Assembly (NCBI GenBank): GCA_963664545.2
Contig: OY761475.2
Span: 1,663,247 to 1,727,246, forward strand
From: Vicinamibacterales bacterium
GTDB lineage: Bacteria > Acidobacteriota > Vicinamibacteria > Vicinamibacterales > UBA8438
Reading direction: 5' to 3'
DNA length: 64,000 nt
Shown here: piece by piece, positions 45,078-55,453 of the stretch
Layout: each line of letters starts with the position of its first letter
Position numbering within the stretch: position 1 is the first letter of the stretch
Program-made: the position numbers and the translations under genes
The notes under the pieces: generated by a model
The model's input: the letters and a program-made list of their open reading frames with translations, nothing else
Databases searched by the model: none
Told to the model about the DNA's origin: nothing

Positions 45078-45903
45078 CTACGGCGCGGGGCCTTGCAGGT
45101 CGGGTGCGACGGTGGGCGACGGAGAGCGAAGCAGGCCCACGATCACGGCGTGGGGATTGTGCTGGCGTTGGCAGGCGGTACGGATGACAGAGGCGAGTGT
45201 CTGCTGGGTGGCCGCGCCGCGCCAGGAGCGATTGCCGCCGCACACCTTGCGGGTGACGACGGCGGGGCGAATGGCCTGTTCGGCGCGCCAGTTGGTGGCG
45301 TCGACGGCGGGGTTGCGCAGGAACGTGAACAGGGCCTTCCATTCCGTGGTCAGGTGCTTCGCGAAGCAGCGCACGTCGGCCAGCGGGCCTGGGTGGAGCA
45401 GTCGTCGGGCGAGGCGGCCGGCCAGGGCTTCCAGCGCTTCGCCGAGGTCGTCACCGGACAGCTCGCCGGCGCGGGCGTCGTCGCGCAGGCGAAGGGCCTG
45501 CTTCAACAGGGCGTGGATGTCGGCGGCGATACGGCTGCGGGGATGGTCCCGGCACAGAATCCGTCCCCGGCGCAGCACGTGGGCGAGGCACGTCTGATGC
45601 GTGGCCCGGGTGAAGCGGCGATACGGCGCCCAACCGTCGCGGATGAGCACGCCGTCGAAGTCCGGCCCCAACAGGTGGACCGCTTCCTCGTAGCCTCGTC
45701 CCGGCAGAATGGCGTAGACGGTCGTCTTCTCCGCGACGCCCGCCCAGAGCCACTGCAGGTGGCCGTCCACCTTCCACCCGGTTTCATCCGGGGTGACCAC
45801 GGGGCTGTTGCGAAGCTGGCGCCGCAGTTCGCTATAGGTCGGTTCGGCGCGGCGGGCGGCCCGATGCACGGCGCGGACGAGGCCGCTCGGACTGACTGGT
45901 AGC
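45078..45903 (-). pseudogene. IS66-family transposase, C-terminal part only
   Basis: 'VVTPDETGWKVDGHLQWLWAG...VLIRDGWAPYRRF...QTCLAHVLRR' are IS66 TnpC blocks. The N-terminal part of the transposase is absent, cut at the IS21 left end. Confidence 0.7.
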
Positions 45904-46036
45904 GGCAACATGAAAAGGGACCCTGTGGCCACTTGAAAAGGGACCCCCCTGAGCACTCGGAAAACAGCGATTCCCTGGCGATGATGGACGGGGCGAGACA
46001 GGGTCGTCTCGTCGGCCGAGCCAGGAGGACGCGGAG

Positions 46037-47518
46037 GTGATCAGGATGTTCCAGTGGGCCCAGATCCGCCACATGCATCTGGTGGAGGGTGTGCCGAAGA
46101 AGGAGGTCGCCCGGCGGTTGAAGCTCGACGTCAAGACGGTGCGGCGGGCCATCGGCCGGCCGACGCCGCCGGTGCGGAGGTCGCCGCCGCGGCCGAGCAG
46201 CCTCGACCCGTGGCGGGAGCGGATCAGGCGGTGGCTGCGCGAGGAGCCGCGGGTGACGGCGAAGCGGATTCGGCGGTTGCTGCTGCCGTTGGCGGGACCG
46301 GTCCCCGCGCGCACGGTGCGGCGCTACGTCGCGGAGCTTCGGGCGGCCGTGTCGCCGAAGGAGGCCTTCGTGCACCGGAGCACCGAGCCCGCGCACACGA
46401 TGGAGGTCGACTTCGGCGAGTCGTGGGTCGACATCGCCGGCGTGCCGTGCAAGGTGAAGTACCTGGTGGCGACGCTGCCGTTCTCCAACGCGTATTTCGC
46501 CAAGGCGTACCCGGTCGAGCGGCTCGAGTCGCTGCTCGACGGCATCGAGTCGGCGTTCCGCTACTTCGGGGGCCTCGTGGACCGCGTCGTCCTCGACAAC
46601 ACCTCGCTGGCCGTCAAGGCCGTGTTGGCGGGCCGGGACCGGGCCGAGACCGAGGCGTTCGAGGCGTTCCGGGGCGGATATCCGTTCCGGGCGGAGTTCT
46701 GCGCGCCGGCCAAGGGCTGGGAGAAGGGTTCCGTGGAGACGGGCGTCAAGTATGTCAGGAACCTCGTGTTCCGGCCGCGGCTGGCGGTCGAGAGCTGGGC
46801 GGCCCTCAACGCGGCGATCATCACGGAGCTGGAGGCCGACCTGCCGACGCGCCAGCTCGAGGACGGGCGTCCGGTCGGGGAGGCGCTGGCGGAGGAGCGC
46901 CGGCGCCTGCGGGCGATGCCCGCGCACCTTCCCGACACCTGCCGCGTCGTCGCGCGGGTGGCCGACAAGTTCGGACACGTCCGCGTGGACCGCGTGACGT
47001 ACTCGGTGCCGATCCGCCACGCCTACCGGCCGGTGTGGGCGAAGCTGTATCACGACCGGGTGGCGGTCGCGGTCGGCACCGAGGTGGTCGCCGAGCATCG
47101 GCGGGCGTTCACGCGGGGCGCGAAGGTCCTCGACGCGCTTCACGTGCTGCCGTTGCTGGAGCGCAAGCACCGGGCGGTGGCCGAGGCGACGGCGCTTCGC
47201 GACTGGCGGCTGGCCCCGGTGTGGCAGCGGGCGCGGACCGAGCTGGGGAGGCACACCCGCAAGCCCGACCAGGAATGGGTGCGGATGCTGCGGCTCATGG
47301 AGACCCATCCGGCGCCGGCCGTCGAGCGGGCGGTGACGGCCGCGCTCGAGCGCCATTCGCCGCGCCTGGAGACGGTGCGGCTCATCCTCCGGCAGCAGGA
47401 GGCCGGCCCGCCGCCGGTGTGCCCGCCGGTCGCGGGCGTGCGTCCGGAGCTGGCGCGGATCGCGGTGCCCGCGCCGAGGCTGTCGGCGTATGACGCGCTG
47501 GTGGAGGGCCCCCGCTGA
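46037..47518 (+). CDS. istA: IS21 transposase IstA
   Basis: HTH 'GVPKKEVARRLKLDVKTVRR' and a DDE core ('MEVDFGES', 'VVLDNTSLAV', 'GWEKGSVE'). ATG 46046, 8 nt after GGAGG, is the likelier start. Confidence 0.9.
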   Translation: MIRMFQWAQIRHMHLVEGVPKKEVARRLKLDVKTVRRAIGRPTPPVRRSPPRPSSLDPWRERIRRWLREEPRVTAKRIRRLLLPLAGPVPARTVRRYVAELRAAVSPKEAFVHRSTEPAHTMEVDFGESWVDIAGVPCKVKYLVATLPFSNAYFAKAYPVERLESLLDGIESAFRYFGGLVDRVVLDNTSLAVKAVLAGRDRAETEAFEAFRGGYPFRAEFCAPAKGWEKGSVETGVKYVRNLVFRPRLAVESWAALNAAIITELEADLPTRQLEDGRPVGEALAEERRRLRAMPAHLPDTCRVVARVADKFGHVRVDRVTYSVPIRHAYRPVWAKLYHDRVAVAVGTEVVAEHRRAFTRGAKVLDALHVLPLLERKHRAVAEATALRDWRLAPVWQRARTELGRHTRKPDQEWVRMLRLMETHPAPAVERAVTAALERHSPRLETVRLILRQQEAGPPPVCPPVAGVRPELARIAVPAPRLSAYDALVEGPR

Positions 47519-48315
47519 TGGCCGCCACGATTACCGAGCCCCCGCACCTGGCCGCGGACCTGAAGGCGCTGCACCTGTCGACGGTCGCGTCACAGTGGCG
47601 GCCCCTGGCCGAGCAGGCGGCCCGCGGGCGTCAGGCGCCGGCCGACTACCTGGCGGAGCTGGTGCACCTGGAGGTGACCGGCCGCCGGGAGCGCCGCATC
47701 CAGCGCCGCATCCAGGACGCCCGCTTCCCGATGCTGAAGACGCTGGACGCCTTCTCGTTCGAGGCGCAGCCGGACCTCGACCGCGACGCGGTCCTGGGGG
47801 TCTTCGACTGCCGCTTCGTCGCCGAGGCCGCCAACGTCGTGTTCGTCGGCGGGGTCGGCACGGGGAAGACGCATCTGTCCATCGCCCTGGGGATGGCCTG
47901 CTGCCAGCACGACTACCGGGTGCGGTTCGTGACCGCGGCCGAGCTGGTCACCCTGCTCGTCGAGGCGCAGCAGCAGGGCCGTCTCGCCCGCAAGCTCGCC
48001 CAGCTCGCCCGCTACGACGTAGTCCACGTCGACGAGCTGGGCTACGTCCCGCTCGACAAGACCGGGGCCGACCTGCTGTTCGGGTTCATCAGCCAGCGCT
48101 ACGAACGCCGGAGCCTGGTGGTGACGACGAATCTGCCGTTCGCGCGCTGGTCCGAGGTCTTCCTCGACCCGACGGCGGCCGCCGCGGTCATCGACCGGGT
48201 CGTGCACCACGCGACGGTGCTGCAGACCACCGGCGACAGCTTCAGGCTGCGGGCCGCCAAGCGGAAGCGGGCGCCGGCCGGGGTGCCGAGCGCCAGTCAC
48301 CGGCCCGTTACGTAA
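47518..48315 (+). CDS. istB: IS21 helper ATPase IstB
   Basis: ATGA overlap with istA. Walker A 'GGVGTGKTHL' and Walker B 'VVHVDELGY'. Confidence 0.9.
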   Translation: MAATITEPPHLAADLKALHLSTVASQWRPLAEQAARGRQAPADYLAELVHLEVTGRRERRIQRRIQDARFPMLKTLDAFSFEAQPDLDRDAVLGVFDCRFVAEAANVVFVGGVGTGKTHLSIALGMACCQHDYRVRFVTAAELVTLLVEAQQQGRLARKLAQLARYDVVHVDELGYVPLDKTGADLLFGFISQRYERRSLVVTTNLPFARWSEVFLDPTAAAAVIDRVVHHATVLQTTGDSFRLRAAKRKRAPAGVPSASHRPVT

Positions 48316-48330
48316 CGGCGAGGAGTAGTC

Positions 48331-48621
48331 GTGGCGTTGACGAACGCGGAGCGGCAGGCGCGTTACCGGGCGCGTCGGAAGGCCGGCGAGTCCCGGCTTC
48401 GGTACCGCCGGCCGGTGGACCGGCGGTCGCGACCCCAGCAGTGGCACGACGCAGTGCAGACGCTGCTGACGCTGCAGGACCAGTATCGGGCGTGGCAGGA
48501 CGCCTTGCCGGCACCCCTCGCCGGGTCCGCGACCGCGGCGTTGCTCGAGCAGGTCTGCGAACTCGACCTGTCGGTCCTGGAGGCAGTCGAGCTTCCCAGG
48601 GGGTTCGGGCGTGACCGCTGA
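48331..48621 (+). CDS. hypothetical 96-aa protein carried inside IS21
   Basis: ORF between istB and the right IR. Basic N-terminus 'LTNAERQARYRARRKAGE'. No family recognised, and coding status is unproven. Confidence 0.4.
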   Translation: MALTNAERQARYRARRKAGESRLRYRRPVDRRSRPQQWHDAVQTLLTLQDQYRAWQDALPAPLAGSATAALLEQVCELDLSVLEAVELPRGFGRDR

Positions 48622-48896
48622 ACCGCCGGCAACAAGCTTCCGGTTGGTGGCTACGACCCGGCGCTGTCGGGCCCATCAGCATGACCGTGTGCTCGCCGGC
48701 GTCAAGGCGCGTCGCTTCGCTCCGCCCCCGCTTCGCGGGGCTGACGGCCTTGACGCCGGCTGCGCGCACGGTCCCGGGCTGGTCTGCCCGACAGCCCCAC
48801 GGAACGCTCAGCCAGGAGGGCCCGGAAATGTGATGTGTTGAGGAGAATTGGGGGGTCCCTTTTCACGTGGCCACGGGGGTCCCTTTTTCAGTTGCC

Positions 48897-50709
48897 ATTT
48901 CCAGCTCATCAAGTACTCCGCTACGCGCCGTCTCGCTGCCGACGCCCTGTCGAGCATCCACACATCGTCTTCACCCAAGACGGTGGACCTGCCCACAGCG
49001 GAAATCGAGGCCTGAAGCTGAGCGCCATTCGCTTCAAGCAACGCCTTGAGTTCCGCCGCGCCACCCCCGCCAATGCTCCAAGGGTGTTTCCGAAAGCGCT
49101 CACGAGGCACATCCGAGGCGCTCGCGAACACGCTTTGCGAGCCTGCATGGTCGATCTGCTCGACTACCGCGGACCAGACCAGCCCCTTCGCGGGATCATC
49201 AGGTGTCGTCGGCTCGCCGCGGATTCCCATCACAGCCCGTAGGCTCCCTTCAACCGGCCGTCGGTGTCGTCCGAACATGATCACCGTCGGCGTTCCGTGA
49301 CCGGGAATGTACGCACCCGAAGTGTCCAGGACATGCGTCAGATCCCAGCGCGGAATGAACTCCTCGATCAGTTTCCTGCCGAACTCCCGCTTCATGAACG
49401 AGTTGGCCGTGATCATCCCGACGAAGCCCGACGCATCCGCGGTTCCGGACGAGGGCGCATGAGCGAGGTCGAAGAAGCGCTCTGTGAACGGTACGGCGAG
49501 CGAGTACTGCCGGTAGCAGGAGCGAAATCGCTTCCGATATTCGGCGTTGAGCGCCATATCCTTCGGCGTGATGTACGGCGGATTGCCGACCACGACATGA
49601 TAGCGCCGACCCAGAATCTCGCGGAGTGCCTCGGCGTGCTCCGTGCGGTAAACGTGGGTCAGCGGGTCGTGCTCCGGATCGAGGTACTCCTGACGTGCGC
49701 CGGCCAGACCCGGGCGTGGTCCGTGGAGCAAGGAGTCGCCCGCCGCCACGTGGAGTTCGAAGGCGGGCGCGTCGGCAAGGCGGCGCACACCAGACGCCTG
49801 GATGGCGGCGACCGATAGTCGGAAGCGGGTGATCGCCGCAGCGAAGGGATTCAGGTCGACCCCGGCTGTCTGTTCGAGCGCGCGGCCGATGCGTTCGCGC
49901 GGATTCGTGCCCGGCTCGTGCCGCGCCCACTGCGCTACCAGGCGTCGGAAGGCACCCAGCAGGAAATGGCCGGAGCCGCAGGCGGGGTCGATCAGCCGCA
50001 CCTCCCGGAACCCGAACTCCTCAATGGCGGGGTCGAGCGTACGGTCGAGGATGAACTCCTCCACGAACTCCGGCGTCTGGAGCAATGCGTACCGCTTGCG
50101 GGCGCTCTCGGACAGGTCCTGGTAGAGGTCTCCCAGGAAGCGCGTGTCCCAGACCGGATCGGTGAAGTCGTGCAGCAGGGCGCCGGAATCGGGGTCGATC
50201 CGCTGCCACAGGCCAAGGAGCCGGCCCGCGGCGTCGCCCGAGGGGGCGCGGAACTCCTCGCCGGGCTGTTCGAGCGACCAGATGGGATTGTGAGCCTCGT
50301 CGAAGATGCGGTCGGCGACGGGCAGCGCGCCCACCGCGCGAAAGACATGGAGCAGGTAGTCGCGGTCGCTCTCTTCGGGGTGCGCCCGAAAGTAGAGGGT
50401 GTGCTCGTCGAGCGCCCGCTGGCGCCGTCCGCCGGGACCGGACAGCCGCGGCGGGTCGACGAGCGCGTTGTCCTCGAGAAACCGCACGAAGACGCAGCCG
50501 AGAATCCAGCCCACCGCCACTTGGGTCAGGTGCTCGTCGCGCCAGGACTCGTAGCTCTCGGCGGTGCGTTCTTGCGCCACCGCCTCGCGGTGCACGCCGC
50601 GGAGGTGCGCCTCCAGGCCGGAATGCTCCCTGCACCGCGCCTGCAGGTCGTCCTCGAGGTCCGCCCGCAGGCGCTTCAGGTCGGCGAGCAACCGGTCTCT
50701 GTCGATCAC
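48897..50709 (-). pseudogene. PglX/Eco57I-like N6-adenine DNA methyltransferase, 3'-truncated by IS21
   Basis: GTG 50709. 'YALLQTPEFVEEFILDRTL', motif I 'LIDPACGSGHFLL' and motif IV 'VVGNPPYI'. From 48896 the reading frame continues into the IS21 IR ('WKWQLKKGPPW...') to a stop at 48808. Confidence 0.75.
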
Positions 50710-51248
50710 GCCGCTTCCTGCCTGACGCGTGCACTACCGGGATCGCCGCCGACCATGCCGTCTCCCGGCCTCGACCGGGAGGCCGGCGGCTCGCGGAGCA
50801 CGCCGAGCGTTCCGTCCGCGCAAGGGGCGCCTCGCAGCCTCACCAGGGGGCGGTCCGGCGACTCGGGCTGCGGGCCGAGCTTCTGGTTCACGCGGTCGGC
50901 CACGAGATCGAGCTGCGCCAGGATGACTCTGCCGATCACCGCGTGCGCGCCCGCCGGTACGACGACGCAGTTGGCCGGCATCGAACGATCGCCGACGCGC
51001 ACGGTCACGGGGCCAGGTACCGGGCGCTCGCGCCGGCGTCCGCCCGCGGGGACGCAGGCAATGCTGCCGACCACCGGGACGCCCAGTCGCTCCACGATGT
51101 CCTCGGGCAGCGCGAGCATCACGGCCCCGGTATCGGCAACCGCCTTGACGCGGGTCCGCCGGACGTTCGCCTCGGGCAGGTGGCGCGCCTGGGCCAGCGC
51201 TCGATCTCCGACGTTCTCCAAGTCGACGTCCGCGACGATTTTGCCCAT
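50706..51248 (-). CDS. retropepsin-like (clan AA) aspartic protease
   Basis: 'VKAVADTGAVMLALPEDIVERLG' D-T-G-A active-site motif and 'AVIGRVILAQLDLVAD'. The stop overlaps the methyltransferase GTG (GTGA). Confidence 0.65.
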   Translation of the reverse strand: MGKIVADVDLENVGDRALAQARHLPEANVRRTRVKAVADTGAVMLALPEDIVERLGVPVVGSIACVPAGGRRRERPVPGPVTVRVGDRSMPANCVVVPAGAHAVIGRVILAQLDLVADRVNQKLGPQPESPDRPLVRLRGAPCADGTLGVLREPPASRSRPGDGMVGGDPGSARVRQEAA

Positions 51249-51454
51249 GCCGGCTCTCGGTGCCCAACTTTAACGCATCGACTCCCTCGCCGTACCGCCT
51301 CGGGGTGCCGGCCGCGACGTTCCTGCATCACGATCCCCGCTCCGCCCAGCAGAGCCCCCGCCAGGTCGGCGTCGCGCCGCGACTGCACAGTTCGGCCGGC
51401 GGGCAAAACGGCCGCCGCAGCTCGTCCACGTTCTCTCGGCCCGCGTCCGCGGGA

Positions 51455-52225
51455 GTGTCGGCGTCGTCGCCGCGGGGCGGACTTTGGCACCTCGGCCGCC
51501 TCGGCGAACCACTGGACCAGCCGCCCGGCCAGCTCGGTGAGCTCGCGCCGCGTCTGCCGACGCCGCGCATGCGGCACACCTGGATGACCGCGAACCGCGG
51601 CAGGTCGTGAACCGTCCGGACGCCCATCCGCTAGACGGCGTTCAGGGAGCGGGCACTGAGCCCCATGGCCGCGAGACGGTGTCGCGGCGCGCCTGCTCGC
51701 CGCCGCCGAACGGGGGCGCCGCGCCGACGGGGTCGGTGTCGGTCGTGGGATGTGCCGCCGCGGCTCGGCCAGCGCCCGTTCGCCGCCCTCCTGCTGCCGG
51801 TCGGCACCTACCGGTGCCGCCGGGAACCCGTAGGTGGGTCGGGCCGGAAGCGCCACGCAGCTCTCCGGCCCGAGAGCACATCGCTGCTCCCCGGCCACTG
51901 GCGTCAGCCTCCCCCAGCGCCCGCATCCCACGCCTCCGCCCCCCGCCTCTGCTGGCCTTCGCTGTTCCGCGCCGGTATCATTCGACCAGAGCGCGACCAG
52001 CTTCAGTCGTCTTCCCTCCACGCCGCCACGCCACCCACACGGGAACCCGCCGCGCTCACGCGAACCGCGGCCCGACAACCGGGAAAACTGGCCATGGCTA
52101 CTTCAACGGAAAGCGCTAACAACCCTCGACGCACTTGAATAGCGCGTCTGCGACAACGCCGACAGCCACCAACCCGTCGAGACTCCACTCGCGACCAACC
52201 GCGCATCATCGCCCGCGTCACCGAA
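51455..52225. repeat. copy A of a diverged direct repeat (decayed HhH-gene 5' end, intergenic region and GHKL-gene 5' end)
   Basis: Aligns by eye with 56920-57127 plus 58529-59195. The HhH reading frame carries a TAG and a frameshift. The 'MATSTESAN' start at 52093 is frameshifted. Homology stops exactly at 52225/52226. Confidence 0.75.
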
Positions 52226-55200
52226 CTATTGTCGGCTCAACCATCCAGTGAACATCTCCTCTACCCTCCACTGAGCCAACTCACAATACCGGTCCAGCTC
52301 TGGATGTTTGGTCACAAGACGTTCCAGATCTGACGATGCTTGATCGGCCCTCGGTGGCGATGTGTCCTCCCAAACGGACGCTGCGGCGCGATAACACGCC
52401 GCCGCCAGCTCGACTTCTCCACGCTTAGTCAACAATTCGGCGACCCAGCTGCGAATGTACCCCTTGTTGAGGTTAGCGCTGCGAGCAGGATCCTCCTCCA
52501 GCAACTGGGCCGACTTCACGTAGCATGTCGACGCGTCCTCCACCTCCCCTTCCAGAAACAAACACCGACCAATGTTGCCGTAGAAGTGCGCGCCTCTATC
52601 AGAAACTCTCTCTCCAGATCGAGTAACGGATCCCAATTCCTCCCCATCCAAAAAAACCCGAAGCGCTTCTGCCACCCGCCCTCCGTCCCGCAAGGACAAT
52701 GCTAGGTTGTGCTTGGTGGAGAATGCGGTGTCCACCGAGCTAACCTCCTTCAGTTTCGCGCCGCGCTCGCCCCAGTGGATAGCTAGTTCGTATCTCTGTG
52801 TGTACCAGTAGCCGTAGCACCGAAGATCGCATAGCAGAATGTACTGTGCACTTTTTCCTGGAATTGCTCGTTCATATCGTTCCAGCAACGGTTCTGCCTC
52901 TGTATGACCAACCTGGATCATCGCAGTCAGACATCGCTCAAATATAGCGTCGAAGTGCTTGTACGCCGTGCAGGCTTCTGCCCAGTCCAGGCCCGAAAAA
53001 AGCCGTAGCCCAAGTCGGATCATCTCTTCCTGGTAGCCTCGATTCAGTAATGGTTCCCCAATCTCTTCAATGGTGTTCGTAGCTTCTTCCAGCTTGCCGA
53101 TGGTAATCTGAAGCTCTGCCTTTCTGGTCCAGTGTTCAAGGATATCATAAGATGGTTCTTTCTGTAGCAGTCCCTTGAATCGGCCGATCATACGGTCAAG
53201 AAATCCCAAAATCGCACCAACGTATTTTTCACGATCCTTCTTCGGAAATCCCGTTCTAACAAACTCGCGAATTATTGGATGCAAACCGAGAAGCGGTTCG
53301 CCCTCCGGTTGGCTTCTGGTTTCTATAAGATGAAAAGATTTCAGCGCCCTGAGAGATCTGTTTACGCGGTTAATGTTGGCCCCGGGAAGCAGATCTAGTA
53401 GTCGACTCTCGGGCTCTGGACGATCCAACTCCGCCATGGTGCGCAAGACAATACGTTGCTGTTCATTTAACATGCCCCAGATCGTTCTTGTCGTTTCCGG
53501 CAGTGTAGCTGCTTCTCTTCCAATTAGATCGAGCGCGCCACGTAGGCCATCTTTGTGGCGAAGAGCTTGCATCACCACTAGGCTTACCCATAGAGGATGG
53601 CCATTAGTCGCTTCATGCAATTCACCGGCAAGGTGATGATCTCGCTGAGGAACACCACGGGCCGCGAGTAGCTCCAGAGTGTCGGACTCCGAAAAGCCAA
53701 CCAGCGTCACTCTCAGCGCACGGGATTCATCCACCTGCACGTCAGGCCGACACGTAAAGAGGAATAAACTCCTGTGGTCGCGTGCTTGAGCCTCTGACAC
53801 GAGGACGTCGAGACCCTTTACCGGCTTAAGCGTCTCAAGATCGACATATTGATCGACGTTGTCAAAAACGAGCAGTGCCCTTCGATCGCGCAGAAGGTAA
53901 AACAAGACACCCACCACCGCCCTGATGTCGCTGACTTCGATCTGGCCAGCGTCTATTGCACCATTACTCAAGCGTTCGATGAGGCGCAACAGTTGGGTGC
54001 CGAGGCGGTCGCTCTCTTCGCGGCAGTCTCGCCAATCCCAGATACCAAAACGCGAAGTATCGGGCATTGCGTATTCCTGTAGGAAGCGTCCGGCAAGGGC
54101 TGACTTTCCTTGACCGCCGATCCCCGTGACAAAAGCGACTGGCATCGTGGACGCGGCAAGCAGTGCGATCTCCCCACTACGACCCACCCAAGGGGCAATC
54201 AGCAAGGGTCTGTCGGACTCGGGTGAAGACAGTGGTGCTGTGGGAAAATCGATCTGCACATGTACGCTACGCGGTCCGACGGAGCGTTCCGTTACGAGCG
54301 TTTGTACGCTTGCGCCAGCGGGAGCTGAAGTCGCGAGAGGATAGCTGGATTGCAGGTCGTTGAGCAGATCTGTGAATAAGGAACAACAGTCAATTCCCCG
54401 GTATAGTTGCACACGGCCGCGGCCGATGCCGGGTCGCAACGCACTCAGCAGCGGTTGGTTGTTGGCTTCGATTTGGTCACCGTCGTTTGAGTGGAACGCC
54501 CAGAGAATCTCGGGGCTACTCGTGGAGTCCGCCAACAGGTCCACGAGCGTAGTGGTAATCACGTCATCCCAACCGCCATATCCGAGGACCACGAGAATTC
54601 CAGAATTGATGACGTGAGCCAGAGAATGGCGAAGTTGGGGCCGGGGCTGAAGCAATTGTTGCGGCGTGTGGAGAGTGTCGTAGCCCCACCAGTATCCGTG
54701 GAGATGCACAATGTGAGTACCTTCAGCGACGGTCTGGCCGAGGGTGCCATCTCCCTGGAGCACGGTACGGTAGCATTGGCCGTGGTGTTTTGCGATGGCA
54801 ATTTCGATTAGAGGGTCGAAGTTTGTGGTCAGAACAGATTGACCAAACGTGTCTTTACAGGCAACGAGCAACCGACCGAAGGAGTCGACTCCCGACGGCA
54901 AGATCCAGGCGTCGGGATGTTTGTCAAGGGTGTTGCATGTGGGGGCGTCGGCATCATTGGCGGTGGTCTCAGGAAGAACGGCGGGCCATGTCTTGGCATC
55001 GAGAGCTTGCCACACTGCTGAGCGCACTACGCGGTTGACAACGTCTTGGCCACGTCTGCCGTGGAGGAACTCAAATGCGTTCTGGTATCGATGGGCGGAA
55101 TTGTCAGATAGGTGTTGTTGGAGCTCGGATTGTGCGTCGGTGTCGGCGAACTCCTTTTTGATTAGATCAATCATGCCGTCCACACCAAGCACGCCATGGG

Positions 55201-55324
55201 CACCCGGGTAATCCGGATAGGACAGGGCGGAGCCGACGAGAAAGACCACGGAGCGGTCGTTTCTGTTGGCGGCGTAGCATAGTCGGTCAACGAGGTCGGC
55301 GGAGATATGGTACCTATTCTGCAT
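52226..55324 (-). CDS. SIR2-STAND(NB-ARC-like)-TPR NTPase, Avs/AVAST type V-like antiphage candidate
   Basis: ATG 55324 follows GAGG. SIR2_2 motifs: 'VVFLVGSALS', 'VLTTNFDPLIE', 'IVHLHGYW', 'LVVLGYGGWDD'. Walker A 'VTGIGGQGKSAL' and Walker B 'ALLVFDNVD'. About 450 aa of TPR-like C-terminus. Sampled lines are about 50% GC versus about 70% in the flanks. Confidence 0.85.
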   Translation of the reverse strand: MQNRYHISADLVDRLCYAANRNDRSVVFLVGSALSYPDYPGAHGVLGVDGMIDLIKKEFADTDAQSELQQHLSDNSAHRYQNAFEFLHGRRGQDVVNRVVRSAVWQALDAKTWPAVLPETTANDADAPTCNTLDKHPDAWILPSGVDSFGRLLVACKDTFGQSVLTTNFDPLIEIAIAKHHGQCYRTVLQGDGTLGQTVAEGTHIVHLHGYWWGYDTLHTPQQLLQPRPQLRHSLAHVINSGILVVLGYGGWDDVITTTLVDLLADSTSSPEILWAFHSNDGDQIEANNQPLLSALRPGIGRGRVQLYRGIDCCSLFTDLLNDLQSSYPLATSAPAGASVQTLVTERSVGPRSVHVQIDFPTAPLSSPESDRPLLIAPWVGRSGEIALLAASTMPVAFVTGIGGQGKSALAGRFLQEYAMPDTSRFGIWDWRDCREESDRLGTQLLRLIERLSNGAIDAGQIEVSDIRAVVGVLFYLLRDRRALLVFDNVDQYVDLETLKPVKGLDVLVSEAQARDHRSLFLFTCRPDVQVDESRALRVTLVGFSESDTLELLAARGVPQRDHHLAGELHEATNGHPLWVSLVVMQALRHKDGLRGALDLIGREAATLPETTRTIWGMLNEQQRIVLRTMAELDRPEPESRLLDLLPGANINRVNRSLRALKSFHLIETRSQPEGEPLLGLHPIIREFVRTGFPKKDREKYVGAILGFLDRMIGRFKGLLQKEPSYDILEHWTRKAELQITIGKLEEATNTIEEIGEPLLNRGYQEEMIRLGLRLFSGLDWAEACTAYKHFDAIFERCLTAMIQVGHTEAEPLLERYERAIPGKSAQYILLCDLRCYGYWYTQRYELAIHWGERGAKLKEVSSVDTAFSTKHNLALSLRDGGRVAEALRVFLDGEELGSVTRSGERVSDRGAHFYGNIGRCLFLEGEVEDASTCYVKSAQLLEEDPARSANLNKGYIRSWVAELLTKRGEVELAAACYRAAASVWEDTSPPRADQASSDLERLVTKHPELDRYCELAQWRVEEMFTGWLSRQ

Positions 55325-55431
55325 GGCTTTTACCTCGCGAAGGGGAAGAAAAGCAGTTGCGGTTGTCGCGGGTGTAGCGGTGGGGTCGGGCGGATGCGGT
55401 TGGCATTCCAGCGAGGGCTCGGCTTTAGACG

Positions 55432-55453
55432 GCCGAGGCATGTATGCCTCGGC
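55432..55453. other. perfect 10-bp palindrome GCCGAGGCAT-GT-ATGCCTCGGC
   Basis: Lies about 110 nt upstream of the SIR2-STAND start, near where GC content drops. Could be an operator or the terminator of the upstream minus-strand gene. Confidence 0.4.

Larger units (their letters stand above)
45904..48896 (+). mobile_element. IS21-family insertion sequence (ends +/- 2 nt)
   Basis: Imperfect terminal IRs: 45904 GGCAACATGAAAAGGGACCCTGTGGCCACTTGAAAAGGGACCCCCC versus the reverse complement of 48896 GGCAACTGAAAAAGGGACCCCCGTGGCCACGTGAAAAGGGACCCCCC. The 'GAAAAGGGACCC' subrepeat occurs twice in each end. istA/istB lie inside. Confidence 0.85.
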
